A stretch of 64,000 nucleotides of DNA. It comes from Candidatus Microgenomates bacterium (GTDB taxonomy: Bacteria; Patescibacteriota; Microgenomatia; UBA8517). The stretch spans positions 12,316 through 76,315 of the forward strand of contig JADHUT010000002.1 of the NCBI GenBank assembly GCA_016784385.1, written 5' to 3'. The position numbers and the translations under genes were made by a program. Of this stretch, positions 48,787 to 58,705 are shown piece after piece. Position 1 is the stretch's first letter. Every line of letters begins with the position of its first letter. The notes beneath the pieces are model-generated. The model searched no databases. It worked only from the letters and a program-made list of their open reading frames with translations, and was not told where the DNA came from.

Positions 48787-48814
48787 GCAGAGAAAAAAAA
48801 TATAATATACACTT

Positions 48815-50014
48815 ATGGCAGATGCAAAACAAAAATTTGATAGAACAAAAAAACATGTCAACATTGGTACTATTGGCCACGTTGATCATGGTAAAACTAC
48901 CCTAACAGCAGCTATCACCACTGTTATGGCAAAATTGTATCCAGGTGGAGTAAACAAAGCTTGGGCATTTGATCAAATTGATTCAGCTCCTGAAGAAAAA
49001 GAAAGAGGAGTGACTATTAACATCTCTCACGTTGAGTATGAAACAAAGGACAGGCATTATGCACATATTGATGCTCCAGGTCACGCAGATTACATTAAAA
49101 ATATGATCACAGGTGCCGCACAAATGGACGGTGCAATTTTAGTAGTTTCCGCTCCAGATGGACCTATGCCTCAAACAAGAGAACACGTTATTTTAGCAAG
49201 ACAAGTTAACGTTCCAGCTCTAGTAGTTGCATTAAATAAAACCGATGCCATGGATGATCCAGAACTTTTGGAGCTAGTTGAAGCAGACATCCGAGAACTT
49301 TTGACGAAATACAAGTTCCCCGGTGATGAAATTCCAATTGTTAAAGTATCAGCCCTTAAAGCTCTAGAAGGTGATGCAGAAGCAGAAAAAGGAATTGCAA
49401 AGCTTATGGAAGAAGTGGATAGATACATCCCTGAACCAAAAAGGGAAACTGACAAGCCATTCTTGATGCCAGTTGAAGATGTATTTTCAATTTCAGGTAG
49501 AGGAACAGTAGTAACTGGAAGAGTTGAAAGAGGATCTCTTAAGATAAATGAAGAAATTGAGATAATTGGAATTAAAGATACACAAAAAGCAGTTGTAACT
49601 GGACTTGAAATGTTCAGAAAACTTCTTGACGAGACTCAAGCTGGTGACAATGTTGGTGTACTTTTAAGAGGAATTGACAAAGATAAGGTTGAAAGAGGTC
49701 AAGTTTTGGCAAAACCAGGCTCAATTGCACCACATACTGATTTTGAAGCAGAAGTTTACATCTTAAGTAAAGATGAAGGCGGAAGGCACACCCCATTCTT
49801 TACAGGTTATAAACCACAGTTCTTTATTAGGACTGGTGATATTACAGGTGAGTGTACTCTTCCAAAAGGCGTTGAAATGGTTATGCCTGGAGATAGTGCA
49901 AAAATGAGCATTAAGTTGATTGCGCCAGTCGCTATAGAAGATGGGCTTAGATTCGCAATCAGAGAGGGTGGTCACACAGTAGGTGCTGGAGTGATAACAA
50001 AAGTAGTAGCATAA
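48815..50014 (+). CDS. tuf: elongation factor Tu
   Basis: [28 protein letters not shown]. Confidence 0.99.
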   Translation: MADAKQKFDRTKKHVNIGTIGHVDHGKTTLTAAITTVMAKLYPGGVNKAWAFDQIDSAPEEKERGVTINISHVEYETKDRHYAHIDAPGHADYIKNMITGAAQMDGAILVVSAPDGPMPQTREHVILARQVNVPALVVALNKTDAMDDPELLELVEADIRELLTKYKFPGDEIPIVKVSALKALEGDAEAEKGIAKLMEEVDRYIPEPKRETDKPFLMPVEDVFSISGRGTVVTGRVERGSLKINEEIEIIGIKDTQKAVVTGLEMFRKLLDETQAGDNVGVLLRGIDKDKVERGQVLAKPGSIAPHTDFEAEVYILSKDEGGRHTPFFTGYKPQFFIRTGDITGECTLPKGVEMVMPGDSAKMSIKLIAPVAIEDGLRFAIREGGHTVGAGVITKVVA

Positions 50015-50042
50015 GTTGCACCTTGAGAAGGATTAAAAAATT

Positions 50043-50351
50043 ATGGCAGGTTTAAGGCTTAGAGTAAAGCTAAAAGCGTACGATCATAGAGTCATAGATG
50101 AGGCTGCGGTAAAGATAGTCGACACAGCCCTTTCCTCTGGTGCCAAAATTTCAGGTCCTATCCCACTCCCCACAAAAAGAACAGTAATGGCTATCAAGGA
50201 ATCCCCTTTTACAGACAAAGATGCACAAGAACATTATGAAATTTTAGTGCATAAAAGACTAATTGATATTCTCGATCCGACTCCAAGAACAGTAGATTAT
50301 TTGGGAAACCTTGATCTTCCTGCAGGAGTTTCCATAGAAATCAAAATGTAA
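50043..50351 (+). CDS. rpsJ: 30S ribosomal protein S10
   Basis: LKAYDHR, GPIPLPT, HKRLIDI. Confidence 0.98.
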   Translation: MAGLRLRVKLKAYDHRVIDEAAVKIVDTALSSGAKISGPIPLPTKRTVMAIKESPFTDKDAQEHYEILVHKRLIDILDPTPRTVDYLGNLDLPAGVSIEIKM

Positions 50352-50446
50352 ACGCCTTTCTCTTGTAATGAGGCGTATTATCCCATCGTCACCTTTTTCT
50401 ACTCTTATTGGTATATTAGAAAAATATTATCATATCCTGTTTACTC

Positions 50447-50531
50447 TTGCAGTAACTAGGTATGATTTGGTATAATTGCCGGAAAGATAATTGATAGGAT
50501 GGCGGCAGAAGATTTAGGCGCTACCAGCGCC
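50447..50531 (+). promoter_or_regulatory. rplC promoter and leader hairpin
   Basis: TTGCAG-18-TATAAT with TGn extension (50447-50476); GGCGCT-acc-AGCGCC hairpin at 50517-50531. Confidence 0.6.
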
Positions 50532-50553
50532 TTATTTATTGGTTTAATTATAT

Positions 50554-51339
50554 ATGAAAACAATACTAGGTAAAAAAATTGGAATGACACAGGTTTTTGT
50601 AAATGACCTTAGAATTCCTGTGACAAAAATTATGGCAGGACCTTGCAAAGTTATCCAAATTCGAAAAATGGACGTGGATGGTTATTGGGCAGTTCAACTA
50701 GGATTTTTAACAAAGAGAGCCAAAAATACTTCAAAACCTCTTCAAGGACACTTCAAAAAGAGCAAAAAACAAAAACATTTTCCAAGATTTTTAAAAGAAA
50801 TAAGATTTGAAACTGAACCGAAAAATGCAGCAGGTGTTGCTTTTGGGGTTGGTGATATTGTAGTTGCTTCTGACATTTTCAAAAAAGGTGATGTTGTTTC
50901 TGTAACCGGTATTTCAAAGGGTAAGGGATTTGCCGGAGTTGTAAAAAGGTGGGGTTTTGCAGGAGGTTCAAGAACTCATGGACAATCAGATCGTGAGAGA
51001 GCTCCTGGTTCAATAGGTCAAGGTACTACTCCAGGAAGAGTCCATAAGGGCAAAAAAATGGGTGGTAGAATGGGAACAGACAAGACCACTGTAACCAACT
51101 TACACATCATAGATGTGATGGACGAACAAAATGAAATATTAGTTTCAGGTCCAGTACCGGGGCGGATTGGTGCATTTTTGACTATGACCAAAACTGCAGA
51201 AGGATCATTGAAAGATTTGGAAAAAGAAGTCGCCACACATGTAATTGAGAAAGAGGAAGGTGGAGAAACACCTGCTGAGGGAGATAGTAAGCCAGCAGAA
51301 AGTCCAGTAAAGGAAGAAAAACAAGATGAAAACGAATAA
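50554..51339 (+). CDS. rplC: 50S ribosomal protein L3
   Basis: GKKIGMTQVF, SKGKGFAGVVKRW, GKKMGGRMG; acidic tail. Confidence 0.98.
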   Translation: MKTILGKKIGMTQVFVNDLRIPVTKIMAGPCKVIQIRKMDVDGYWAVQLGFLTKRAKNTSKPLQGHFKKSKKQKHFPRFLKEIRFETEPKNAAGVAFGVGDIVVASDIFKKGDVVSVTGISKGKGFAGVVKRWGFAGGSRTHGQSDRERAPGSIGQGTTPGRVHKGKKMGGRMGTDKTTVTNLHIIDVMDEQNEILVSGPVPGRIGAFLTMTKTAEGSLKDLEKEVATHVIEKEEGGETPAEGDSKPAESPVKEEKQDENE

Positions 51340-51964
51340 CCCGCTACGCGGAAAACTATATACACAAAAAGCAGTTCAAGGTAAAGATGTTGTTTTGCCT
51401 GGGGAATTTGATTTAAAAGAAAATAAATCATTAATGTCGCAAGCTGTAAGAGTTTATGAAGACAGGTCCCACACTGGTGAAGCATTGGTAAAGACAAGAG
51501 GAGAAGTAGTACGTACCAAGAAAAAATGGTACAAACAAAAAGGAACAGGTGGAGCAAGGCACGCTGCAAGATCTGCGCCAATTTTTGTTGGTGGTGGTGT
51601 TGCACATGGGCCAAAGGGAATAAGCAAAACCCTGCACTTGCCTAAAAAAATGAAGAGTGCAGCTTTGGTGCAAGCCATTTCATACATATTTTCAAATGAA
51701 AAAGCAGTACTTGTAACCGATCTTGGAAATGTATCAAAGACCTCACAGGCGGCAAAGATGGTTGGGCAATTAAAAAATAAACTCGAACTCAAAAGCACAT
51801 CAAAAGTATTGGTGGTCTTGGGAAAAGATAGCTACGAAAACAGCAGATTTTTCAAAAATATTGAAAATGTTGAAGTAATTTGTTTTGATGTGGTAAGTGC
51901 ATATAAGCTTCTTTTTTCAGGGTTTGTTTTGATGGAAGAGGGAGTTTTTACTAAAAAATCATGA
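51326..51964 (+). CDS. rplD: 50S ribosomal protein L4
   Basis: KTRGEV, QKGTGGARH, GGGVAHGP. Confidence 0.97.
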   Translation: MKTNNPLRGKLYTQKAVQGKDVVLPGEFDLKENKSLMSQAVRVYEDRSHTGEALVKTRGEVVRTKKKWYKQKGTGGARHAARSAPIFVGGGVAHGPKGISKTLHLPKKMKSAALVQAISYIFSNEKAVLVTDLGNVSKTSQAAKMVGQLKNKLELKSTSKVLVVLGKDSYENSRFFKNIENVEVICFDVVSAYKLLFSGFVLMEEGVFTKKS

Positions 51965-52236
51965 ATATAAAACCAGTATTAACAGAAAAAAGTTTGCAAG
52001 CAACACAGAATGGTGTATATACTTTCTGGGTTTTGCCATCATTCACTAAAGGAAAAATAAGAGAAGTTGTTGGGAGCATGTTTGACGTAAAAGTATTAAA
52101 AGTAAGAACTCAAAATTATAAAAAATTAACAAAGAAAAATATGAGAGGTAATATTGTAACTAAACCGGCTCGTAAAAGAGCATTGGTTACGCTGAAGGAC
52201 GGTAAAAAGATTGACCTTTTTGACGCCAAGAAATAA
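51961..52236 (+). CDS. rplW: 50S ribosomal protein L23
   Basis: PVLTEKS, KRALVTL; operon position. Confidence 0.95.
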   Translation: MNIKPVLTEKSLQATQNGVYTFWVLPSFTKGKIREVVGSMFDVKVLKVRTQNYKKLTKKNMRGNIVTKPARKRALVTLKDGKKIDLFDAKK

Positions 52237-52258
52237 AAACAATTAAACAAAGAATAAC

Positions 52259-53011
52259 ATGACAAAGTCCTTAAAAAGAATATTAAAAAATAAAGCTGGG
52301 AGAAGTTTTGGAACAATTACTGTCAGACACCAAGGTGGAAGAATGAAAAGGTTTTTGCGTGAAGTAGATTTTAAAAGAGAAAAGAAAGATATTTGGGCGA
52401 AGGTAGAGACTGTTGAATATGATCCAAACAGAAATGCAGATATCGCTAAAGTTGTCTATGAAGATGGGGAAAGGTGTTATATAATTGCCCCTGACAAGTT
52501 GGTTGTTGGAGCAAAGGTTATTGCAAGTGATTCTGCACCTATTGAAGTTGGAAACGCACTACCTTTGGGTAAAATTCCTGTAGGAACACCAGTACACAAC
52601 ATTGAAATAAAGCCAGGTGGTGGAGGTCAAATTGCAAGAGGAGCCGGTGTGCTGGCATCTATATTTGGAAAAGATGAAACCCACATGCTCATAAAAATGC
52701 CATCCGGTGAAATCAGAAAGTTTGATCCAGATTGTTGGGCAACTGTAGGACAAGTAGGAAATGTAGACCATAAACACAGAAGAATTGGGAAAGCAGGAGT
52801 AAACAGAAGAAGAGGCAAAAGACCAACAGTTAGAGGAGTAGCTATGCATCCTGGAGCCCATCCACATGGTGGTGGTGAAGGAAGAAGTGGAATTGGACTT
52901 AAATATCCAAAAACACCTTGGGGAAAGCCAGCAGTTGGAAAAACAAGAAAACCTAAAAAGTATTCTGATAGATTGATAGTAAAGGGAAGAAAGAGAGGCA
53001 AAAACGGGTAA
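52259..53011 (+). CDS. rplB: 50S ribosomal protein L2
   Basis: [27 protein letters not shown]. Confidence 0.98.
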   Translation: MTKSLKRILKNKAGRSFGTITVRHQGGRMKRFLREVDFKREKKDIWAKVETVEYDPNRNADIAKVVYEDGERCYIIAPDKLVVGAKVIASDSAPIEVGNALPLGKIPVGTPVHNIEIKPGGGGQIARGAGVLASIFGKDETHMLIKMPSGEIRKFDPDCWATVGQVGNVDHKHRRIGKAGVNRRRGKRPTVRGVAMHPGAHPHGGGEGRSGIGLKYPKTPWGKPAVGKTRKPKKYSDRLIVKGRKRGKNG

Positions 53012-53012
53012 T

Positions 53013-53294
53013 ATGTCAAGATCAAATAAAAAAGGACCATTTGTAGACGCACGACTTGTAAAAAAGTTGGAAAAAGGTCTTGGTGGGAAAGAAAATCCAA
53101 TCAAAACCTGGTCTAGAGCATGTCAAATACCACCTGAATTTGTTGGTAAATACTTCCAAGTTCACAACGGAAGAATTTTTACAGATGTGTTTGTGGTTGA
53201 AGATATGGTTGGACACTCATTGGGTGAGTTTTCCCCAACAAGGACATTTAGAGGACACGGTGATGTTGTGAAAAGAACAATGGACAAGACTTAA
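53013..53294 (+). CDS. rpsS: 30S ribosomal protein S19
   Basis: [25 protein letters not shown]. Confidence 0.98.
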   Translation: MSRSNKKGPFVDARLVKKLEKGLGGKENPIKTWSRACQIPPEFVGKYFQVHNGRIFTDVFVVEDMVGHSLGEFSPTRTFRGHGDVVKRTMDKT

Positions 53295-53306
53295 AGAAAA
53301 AATACT

Positions 53307-53723
53307 ATGAAATTTAAAGCAGAACAAAAACATTTAAGGCTGTCACCCAGAAAAGTGAGACCCATTGCGGATGTAATTAGAAAATTAACTCCCAAGAGAG
53401 CTTTGGAAGTGTTGCCTTTTGTACAAAAAAGAGGAAGTGAACCTTTGATCAAAGTTATAAAAAATGCAGTAGCTTCAGCTACTGAAAAAGGAATTGATAT
53501 AAACAACTTATCTTTTTTTGAAATTCAAATAGTAGAAGGACCAAGACTAAAAAGAGGAAGGCCAGTATCCAGGGGTCGTTGGCATCCTATTAAGAAAAGG
53601 ATGTGTCATATTAAAGTTATTCTAGAATCAAAAGAAGTAGTAAAGAAAGCTAAAAAAGTAAAAACACAAACTATTGGTTCCAAAAAGACTGATACTGTTG
53701 AAAAGAAAGGAAAGAAAAAATGA
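53307..53723 (+). CDS. rplV: 50S ribosomal protein L22
   Basis: LSPRKVR, GPRLKR, HIKVIL. Confidence 0.97.
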   Translation: MKFKAEQKHLRLSPRKVRPIADVIRKLTPKRALEVLPFVQKRGSEPLIKVIKNAVASATEKGIDINNLSFFEIQIVEGPRLKRGRPVSRGRWHPIKKRMCHIKVILESKEVVKKAKKVKTQTIGSKKTDTVEKKGKKK

Positions 53724-54391
53724 GTCAAAAAATAAATCCTATTGGTTTTAGAATTGGTACATTTTTACCTTGGAAATCCAGGTGGTTTTCTGATAGTGCA
53801 ACTTATAAAGATATGCTTTTGGAGGACATTAAAATTAGAAAACTTTTGACAGAAAAACTTTTAATGGCAGGTATTACTAAAGTTGAAATAGAAAGACTTC
53901 CTAAAAGTATGGTTATTTCTGTTTTTGTATCAAGGCCAGGAGTAGTTATTGGTAGGGGCGGATCTGGGATTGAAGAAACCAAAAAGGAAATTGTTAAAGT
54001 AGTTAACGAAATTAGAAATACACCAGGGAAAGATCATAAAATTGATTTTCAAGTTAATGAAGTTAAAAATCCTGAGACATCTGCCATATTGGTGGCTAGG
54101 CGAATTGCTTCTGATTTAGAAAGAAGATTTCCCCACAGAAGATCAGTAAACAAAGCCATGGAAAGAGTGATGGCAGCAGGTGCGGGTGGGGTAAGAATAG
54201 TTTTGGGTGGACGAATTGCGGGTGCAGAAATCTCAAGAGTAGAAAAATATCATATTGGATCAGTTCCAACACAAACTCTAAGAGAAAATATAGACTATGC
54301 ACAAGTCCCTGCATTAACCAAAAGAGGATACGTTGGAATAAAAGTATGGATACACATAAAAGAAGAGGAACCAACATCTGATTTTTCATAA
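53720..54391 (+). CDS. rpsC: 30S ribosomal protein S3
   Basis: QKINPIGFRIG, RPGVVIGRGG, PTQTLRENIDY. Confidence 0.98.
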   Translation: MSQKINPIGFRIGTFLPWKSRWFSDSATYKDMLLEDIKIRKLLTEKLLMAGITKVEIERLPKSMVISVFVSRPGVVIGRGGSGIEETKKEIVKVVNEIRNTPGKDHKIDFQVNEVKNPETSAILVARRIASDLERRFPHRRSVNKAMERVMAAGAGGVRIVLGGRIAGAEISRVEKYHIGSVPTQTLRENIDYAQVPALTKRGYVGIKVWIHIKEEEPTSDFS

Positions 54392-54407
54392 ATTAGAATA
54401 TTAAAAC

Positions 54408-54812
54408 ATGTTACAACCAAAAAGAAGAAAATTTATTAAAGACTTTAGAGGAAAGAGGAGAGGTAAGGCCCAAAGGGGTAGCACTGTTTCTTTTGGAGAC
54501 TATGGATTAAAAGCAATGGAAGTTGATTGGGTATCTGCTGCACAAATTGAAGCAGGAAGAAGAGCAATTACTCATACCTTTAAAAGAGGTGGTAAAGTAT
54601 GGGTAAGAGTATTTCCAGACAAACCAATTTCAGGTAGGGCCGCAGGTAAAAGAATGGGTGGAGGAAAAGGAGATGTTGTTAGGCATGTTTGTGTGGTCAA
54701 GCCTGGAAGAATTTTATATGAAGTAGCCGGTATTGATGAAAAATTGGTAAAAAGGGCTTTTTATAAAGCAGGACAAAAGATGCCCATAAAAACCAAGATG
54801 GTCGCGAAATAA
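54408..54812 (+). CDS. rplP: 50S ribosomal protein L16
   Basis: MLQPKRRK, QIEAGR, RVFPDKP, RMGGGKG. Confidence 0.98.
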   Translation: MLQPKRRKFIKDFRGKRRGKAQRGSTVSFGDYGLKAMEVDWVSAAQIEAGRRAITHTFKRGGKVWVRVFPDKPISGRAAGKRMGGGKGDVVRHVCVVKPGRILYEVAGIDEKLVKRAFYKAGQKMPIKTKMVAK

Positions 54813-54848
54813 CATCTTGTAAAAACTAAGATGGTTTCTAAATAACAT
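54787..54848 (+). repeat. imperfect 29-bp tandem duplication of the rplP 3' end
   Basis: TAAAAACCAAGATGGTCGCGAAATAACAT (54787-54815) vs TAAAAACTAAGATGGTTTCTAAATAACAT (54820-54848). Confidence 0.85.
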
Positions 54849-54877
54849 TTGATTAAAAAAAGTAAAAAAATAATAAT

Positions 54878-55189
54878 ATGAAAATTAAAGAACTTAAAAA
54901 AACAAGAGAAAAAGAGTTGAAAGCTCTTGAGGGGCTTTTGGACAAGAAAGTATTGGAAATGTCCAAAATTCAGGTTAAAATACTCTCCGGCAAAGAAAAA
55001 AATTTGAAGGCTGCCAAATTAGTCAAAAGAGATGTTGCACAGCTTTTGACTCTAATTAATGAAAAGAAAATAGATGACAAATTAGAGAGTGAAGAAGTTA
55101 AAAACAGTGTGGATAACGAGAAAAAAGTAAAGAGTGAAAATATAACCAAAAAGGTTACAAAAAATAAAAAGAAAGAAACCAATAAATGA
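54878..55189 (+). CDS. rpmC: 50S ribosomal protein L29 with charged C-terminal extension
   Basis: MKIKELK...KRDVAQLLTLINEK; between rplP and rpsQ. Confidence 0.85.
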   Translation: MKIKELKKTREKELKALEGLLDKKVLEMSKIQVKILSGKEKNLKAAKLVKRDVAQLLTLINEKKIDDKLESEEVKNSVDNEKKVKSENITKKVTKNKKKETNK

Positions 55190-55422
55190 AAACCTTAAAA
55201 GGAAAAGTAGTATCAACAAAAATGAAAAAAACAGCCACTGTAGCTGTGGAGCGAACAGTGTCTCATAAAATGTACATAAAGAGATTTAAAAAGACAAAGA
55301 AATATCAAGTGCATACAGAAAATGAAGTTAAAGTTGGTGACACGGTTAGTTTTGTAGCTTGCAGGCCAATTAGTAAATCTAAAAGGCACAAATTGCTTGA
55401 AAAGGAGACCAAGAAAAAATGA
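55186..55422 (+). CDS. rpsQ: 30S ribosomal protein S17
   Basis: [19 protein letters not shown]. Confidence 0.97.
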   Translation: MKTLKGKVVSTKMKKTATVAVERTVSHKMYIKRFKKTKKYQVHTENEVKVGDTVSFVACRPISKSKRHKLLEKETKKK

Positions 55423-55784
55423 TACAACTAAGGTCTCAGCTAGTTCCAGCTGACAATTCTGGAGCAAAGAAATTAAATGTTATTGGAGTTCCTGGTAGAG
55501 TAGGTAAAAAAGCTACCGTAGGACAAGTAGTACTTTGTACTGTTAGAGGAGCAGACCCAAATGGCGCAGTTAAAAATCATGAAAAAGTAAAAGTAGTTAT
55601 TGTCAGGACACGAAAAGAAGTCAAACGTAAAGATGGGTCATATGTTCGCTTTGATGACAATGCGGCAGTTGTGATCGACAAGCAAGGACTTCCATTGGGA
55701 ACTAGGGTATTGGGTCCAATCGCAAGGGAAGTTAAAGAAGTGGGTTTTCATAAAATTGCATCTCTCTCTAGGGAGGTAGTATAA
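55419..55784 (+). CDS. rplN: 50S ribosomal protein L14
   Basis: [22 protein letters not shown]. Confidence 0.98.
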   Translation: MIQLRSQLVPADNSGAKKLNVIGVPGRVGKKATVGQVVLCTVRGADPNGAVKNHEKVKVVIVRTRKEVKRKDGSYVRFDDNAAVVIDKQGLPLGTRVLGPIAREVKEVGFHKIASLSREVV

Positions 55785-55823
55785 GCAAAGCTTAAGATAA
55801 ATCAAAAATAGAAATAAAAAAAT

Positions 55824-56147
55824 ATGAAATTGAAAAAAGGAGACAAAGTAAAAATAACTGCAGGTAAAGATAGAGGTAAGGAAGGAAAAATTGAAAATGT
55901 GTTACCTAAAGAAAAAAAGGTAATAGTTCCTGAAGTAAATCTTTACAAAAAGCACGTTAAGGGCCAGCAAGGTCAAAAGGGTGGCATGTTCGATTTGCCA
56001 AGGCCATTGTCGGTAGCAAAAATTGCGTTGATTTGTCCTAAATGCAAAAAACAAACAAGAATTGGTATTAGGCTGGTTAAGAATGAAAAGGTACGAATTT
56101 GTAAAAAATGTAACAAAGAAATAGATACGGGAGGAAAAAATAAATGA
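55824..56147 (+). CDS. rplX: 50S ribosomal protein L24
   Basis: KKGDKVKITAGKDRGK (KOW); CPKC/CKKC. Confidence 0.97.
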   Translation: MKLKKGDKVKITAGKDRGKEGKIENVLPKEKKVIVPEVNLYKKHVKGQQGQKGGMFDLPRPLSVAKIALICPKCKKQTRIGIRLVKNEKVRICKKCNKEIDTGGKNK

Positions 56148-56695
56148 CTTTAAAAGAAAAATACGAAAAAGAAATAACACCAAAGATCATGTCCGAGTTT
56201 GGTATTAAAAATGTAATGGCTACTCCAAAATTAACCAAAATTACCATTAATATGGGAATTGGTGATGCTTTGAAAAATAAGGCAGTTAAGAAAGCATTGT
56301 TAGAGGATATGGCAGCTATTACTGGCCAAAAAGCATCTGAGCGAAAAGCAAAAATATCAGTTGCAAGTTTTAGTATCAGGCGTGGAATGGTTGTTGGTTT
56401 AAAAACAACACTAAGAGGGATTAGGATGTATGATTTTTTCGAAAAATTTGTTAACATCGTTCTTCCTAGATTGCGAGATTTCAGAGGGGCAAAGATAGGA
56501 AGTTTTGATAAATTTGGAAATTATACAATTGGTATATCTGAACATAGCGTATTTCCTGAAATTGATACAACAAAATCAGCAAATCCGCATGGTTTGGAAA
56601 TAACAATTACAACCAGTGCAGAAAATCCAAAAAGAGGTAGAAAATTGTTAGAATTATTGGGAATGCCTTTTGAAAAAGAAGGGGAAGGAAAATAA
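56144..56695 (+). CDS. rplE: 50S ribosomal protein L5
   Basis: [25 protein letters not shown]. Confidence 0.98.
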   Translation: MTLKEKYEKEITPKIMSEFGIKNVMATPKLTKITINMGIGDALKNKAVKKALLEDMAAITGQKASERKAKISVASFSIRRGMVVGLKTTLRGIRMYDFFEKFVNIVLPRLRDFRGAKIGSFDKFGNYTIGISEHSVFPEIDTTKSANPHGLEITITTSAENPKRGRKLLELLGMPFEKEGEGK

Positions 56696-56696
56696 T

Positions 56697-56882
56697 ATGG
56701 CAAAAACATCAAAAGAAGAAAGAGAGACAAAAAAACTTAAATACAAGACTAGGTATAGAAGTAGGTGTAAACTTTGTGGAAGACCAAGAGGCTACATCAG
56801 AAAGTTTGGTTTGTGTAGGCTTTGTTTTAGAGAACACGCCCTAAAAGGTGAGCTTCCTGGAGTACGCAAAGCCAGCTGGTAG
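56697..56882 (+). CDS. rpsN: 30S ribosomal protein S14 type Z
   Basis: [28 protein letters not shown]. Confidence 0.97.
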   Translation: MAKTSKEERETKKLKYKTRYRSRCKLCGRPRGYIRKFGLCRLCFREHALKGELPGVRKASW

Positions 56883-56889
56883 CTGGCTT
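56869..56889 (+). other. perfect 9-bp hairpin over the rpsN stop codon
   Basis: AAGCCAGCT-ggt-AGCTGGCTT. Confidence 0.5.
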
Positions 56890-56931
56890 ATAGAAAGGCA
56901 ATGATTTTATAAATAAAATTTAAAAAGAAAT

Positions 56932-57309
56932 ATGACAAATTATCCTGTAGCAGATTTATTAATAAGACTAAAAAACGCAGCACTAGCTGGTAGAAAAGTT
57001 GTGTCTATCGACAAGACCAAATTAATACTAGCAGTTGCAAAGACCATGAAAAAAGAAAAGTTTTTGGACAAGTTAGAAGAAAAGAACGGAAAAGTGATTG
57101 CAACATTGTCAATTTTTTGTAAAAAGCCAGTTTTGTCTGATGTAACCATAGTTTCAAGACCCGGCCTTAGAATTTATATGAATGTTGAAGACATGGAAAA
57201 AAGAAGATCTCCTGAAATATTGATTGTATCTACTCCAAACGGGGTCATGTCAGATAGGGACGCGATAAAACAACGAGTAGGTGGAGAAGTGATAGCAAGG
57301 ATATTATGA
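56932..57309 (+). CDS. rpsH: 30S ribosomal protein S8
   Basis: PVADLLIRLKNA, SRPGLRIY, STPNGVM, GGEV. Confidence 0.97.
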   Translation: MTNYPVADLLIRLKNAALAGRKVVSIDKTKLILAVAKTMKKEKFLDKLEEKNGKVIATLSIFCKKPVLSDVTIVSRPGLRIYMNVEDMEKRRSPEILIVSTPNGVMSDRDAIKQRVGGEVIARIL

Positions 57310-57848
57310 GTAAAATAGGAAAACAACCAGTTGAATTACCAGAGGGGGTTACAGTTAGTGTAGCCGAATTGAGCGTGGAAGTTAAAGGACCTAAAGGAAT
57401 TTTGAAAAGGGCTACAGCAAGAGGAGTTAAGATTGAAGTTAAAGAGGGGAAAGTTTTGGTTAGTGTAAACAATACTTCTAAACAAAATCTTGCAAATTGG
57501 GGAACCACAAGAAGTTTAATTGCAAATATGGTTAAGGGGGTTACTGATGGTTGGGAAAAACAACTAGAATTAATAGGAACTGGATACAGAGCAGAAGTAA
57601 AAGAAGACACTTTAGTTTTGACAGTGGGCTATTCCCATGATGTAGAAATTAAAGCTCCTAAAGACATTTCTTTTAAAGTTGAAAAAAATATAGTAACAGT
57701 TAGTGGAATTGACAGAGCAGTTGTGGGTCAAGTGGCAGCAAATGTTAGAGCAACAAGACCACCTGAACCATACAAAGGGAAAGGTGTTAAGTATATAGAT
57801 GAAATTGTAAGAAGAAAGGCTGGTAAAGCTGCAAAAACTGCTGCTTAA
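57306..57848 (+). CDS. rplF: 50S ribosomal protein L6
   Basis: MSKIGKQP, VKGPKG, PEPYKGKG. Confidence 0.98.
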   Translation: MSKIGKQPVELPEGVTVSVAELSVEVKGPKGILKRATARGVKIEVKEGKVLVSVNNTSKQNLANWGTTRSLIANMVKGVTDGWEKQLELIGTGYRAEVKEDTLVLTVGYSHDVEIKAPKDISFKVEKNIVTVSGIDRAVVGQVAANVRATRPPEPYKGKGVKYIDEIVRRKAGKAAKTAA

Positions 57849-57857
57849 TAACCTAAT

Positions 57858-58214
57858 ATGAAAATAATACAAAATAAATTTTTGAGAAGAAAAAAAAGAG
57901 TAAGATCAAAGATCAATGGATCTGCAGACAGACCCAGGTTGTCTATTTTTAGGTCAAATAAATCTGTGAGCGTTCAAGCCATTGATGATGTTAATGGTGT
58001 AACAATATTGCAGGTTGGTCAAAAAGATCTAGGGAAAATTGATTCATTGGGTCTAACGGGTTTACAAATACCACGAGAGATTGGTAAAAGAGTTGCAGAG
58101 GGTTTGTTAAGCAAAAAAATTAAAGCAGCCGTTTTTGACAAAAGTGGATATAAATATCATGGGAAAGTGAAGGCGGTTGCAGAGGGTGCTAGAAAGGCGG
58201 GACTAATAATCTAA
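57858..58214 (+). CDS. rplR: 50S ribosomal protein L18
   Basis: RPRLSIFRSNK, FDKSGYKYHG. Confidence 0.97.
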   Translation: MKIIQNKFLRRKKRVRSKINGSADRPRLSIFRSNKSVSVQAIDDVNGVTILQVGQKDLGKIDSLGLTGLQIPREIGKRVAEGLLSKKIKAAVFDKSGYKYHGKVKAVAEGARKAGLII

Positions 58215-58220
58215 ATAAAT

Positions 58221-58703
58221 ATGTATAACCCAAATTACAAACCAGAAGTAAAGGAATTTGAAGAGACAGTGGTTCAAATAAACAGAATTTCCAAAAAAAC
58301 AAAAGGCGGAAATCAAATTAGATTCTCAGCTTTGGTAGTGGTTGGAGATAGAAAAGGCAGGGTAGGTGTTGGAAATGCAAAAGCAAAAGACGTTAGAAGT
58401 GCAATCTTAAAGTCCATAGAAGAAGCAAAAAAGAGATTGGTTTCAATTACCATGTCAGGAACTACAATTCCATTTTCTGTAAATGACAAGTTTTCTGCTA
58501 GCAAGGTTTTACTAAAACCTGCACCCCCAGGTTCCGGTATTATCGCCGGAGGACCTATGAGAATGGTTTTGGAAGCAGTGGGTTTGCGAGATGTTGTAGG
58601 TAAGACACTGGGTAGTAACAATAAAATTTCAAACGTTAAAGCAACAATATCGGCACTTGTAAAAGTGTCAGAATTGGCTAAAAAGAAAGGCAGGAAGATC
58701 TAA
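58221..58703 (+). CDS. rpsE: 30S ribosomal protein S5
   Basis: KTKGG..FSALVVVGD, PAPPGSGIIAGG. Confidence 0.98.
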   Translation: MYNPNYKPEVKEFEETVVQINRISKKTKGGNQIRFSALVVVGDRKGRVGVGNAKAKDVRSAILKSIEEAKKRLVSITMSGTTIPFSVNDKFSASKVLLKPAPPGSGIIAGGPMRMVLEAVGLRDVVGKTLGSNNKISNVKATISALVKVSELAKKKGRKI

Positions 58704-58705
58704 AC

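Noticed and set aside
38473-50014. Inteins or introns in rpoB, rpoC, fusA or tuf
   Set aside because: The ORFs are continuous and of normal length; the helical insert in RpoC resembles a lineage-specific beta' insertion, not an intein
50352-50553. tRNA or small ORF in the rpsJ-rplC gap and other intergenic gaps
   Set aside because: No cloverleaf/T-loop GTTCRA pattern and no credible ORF seen
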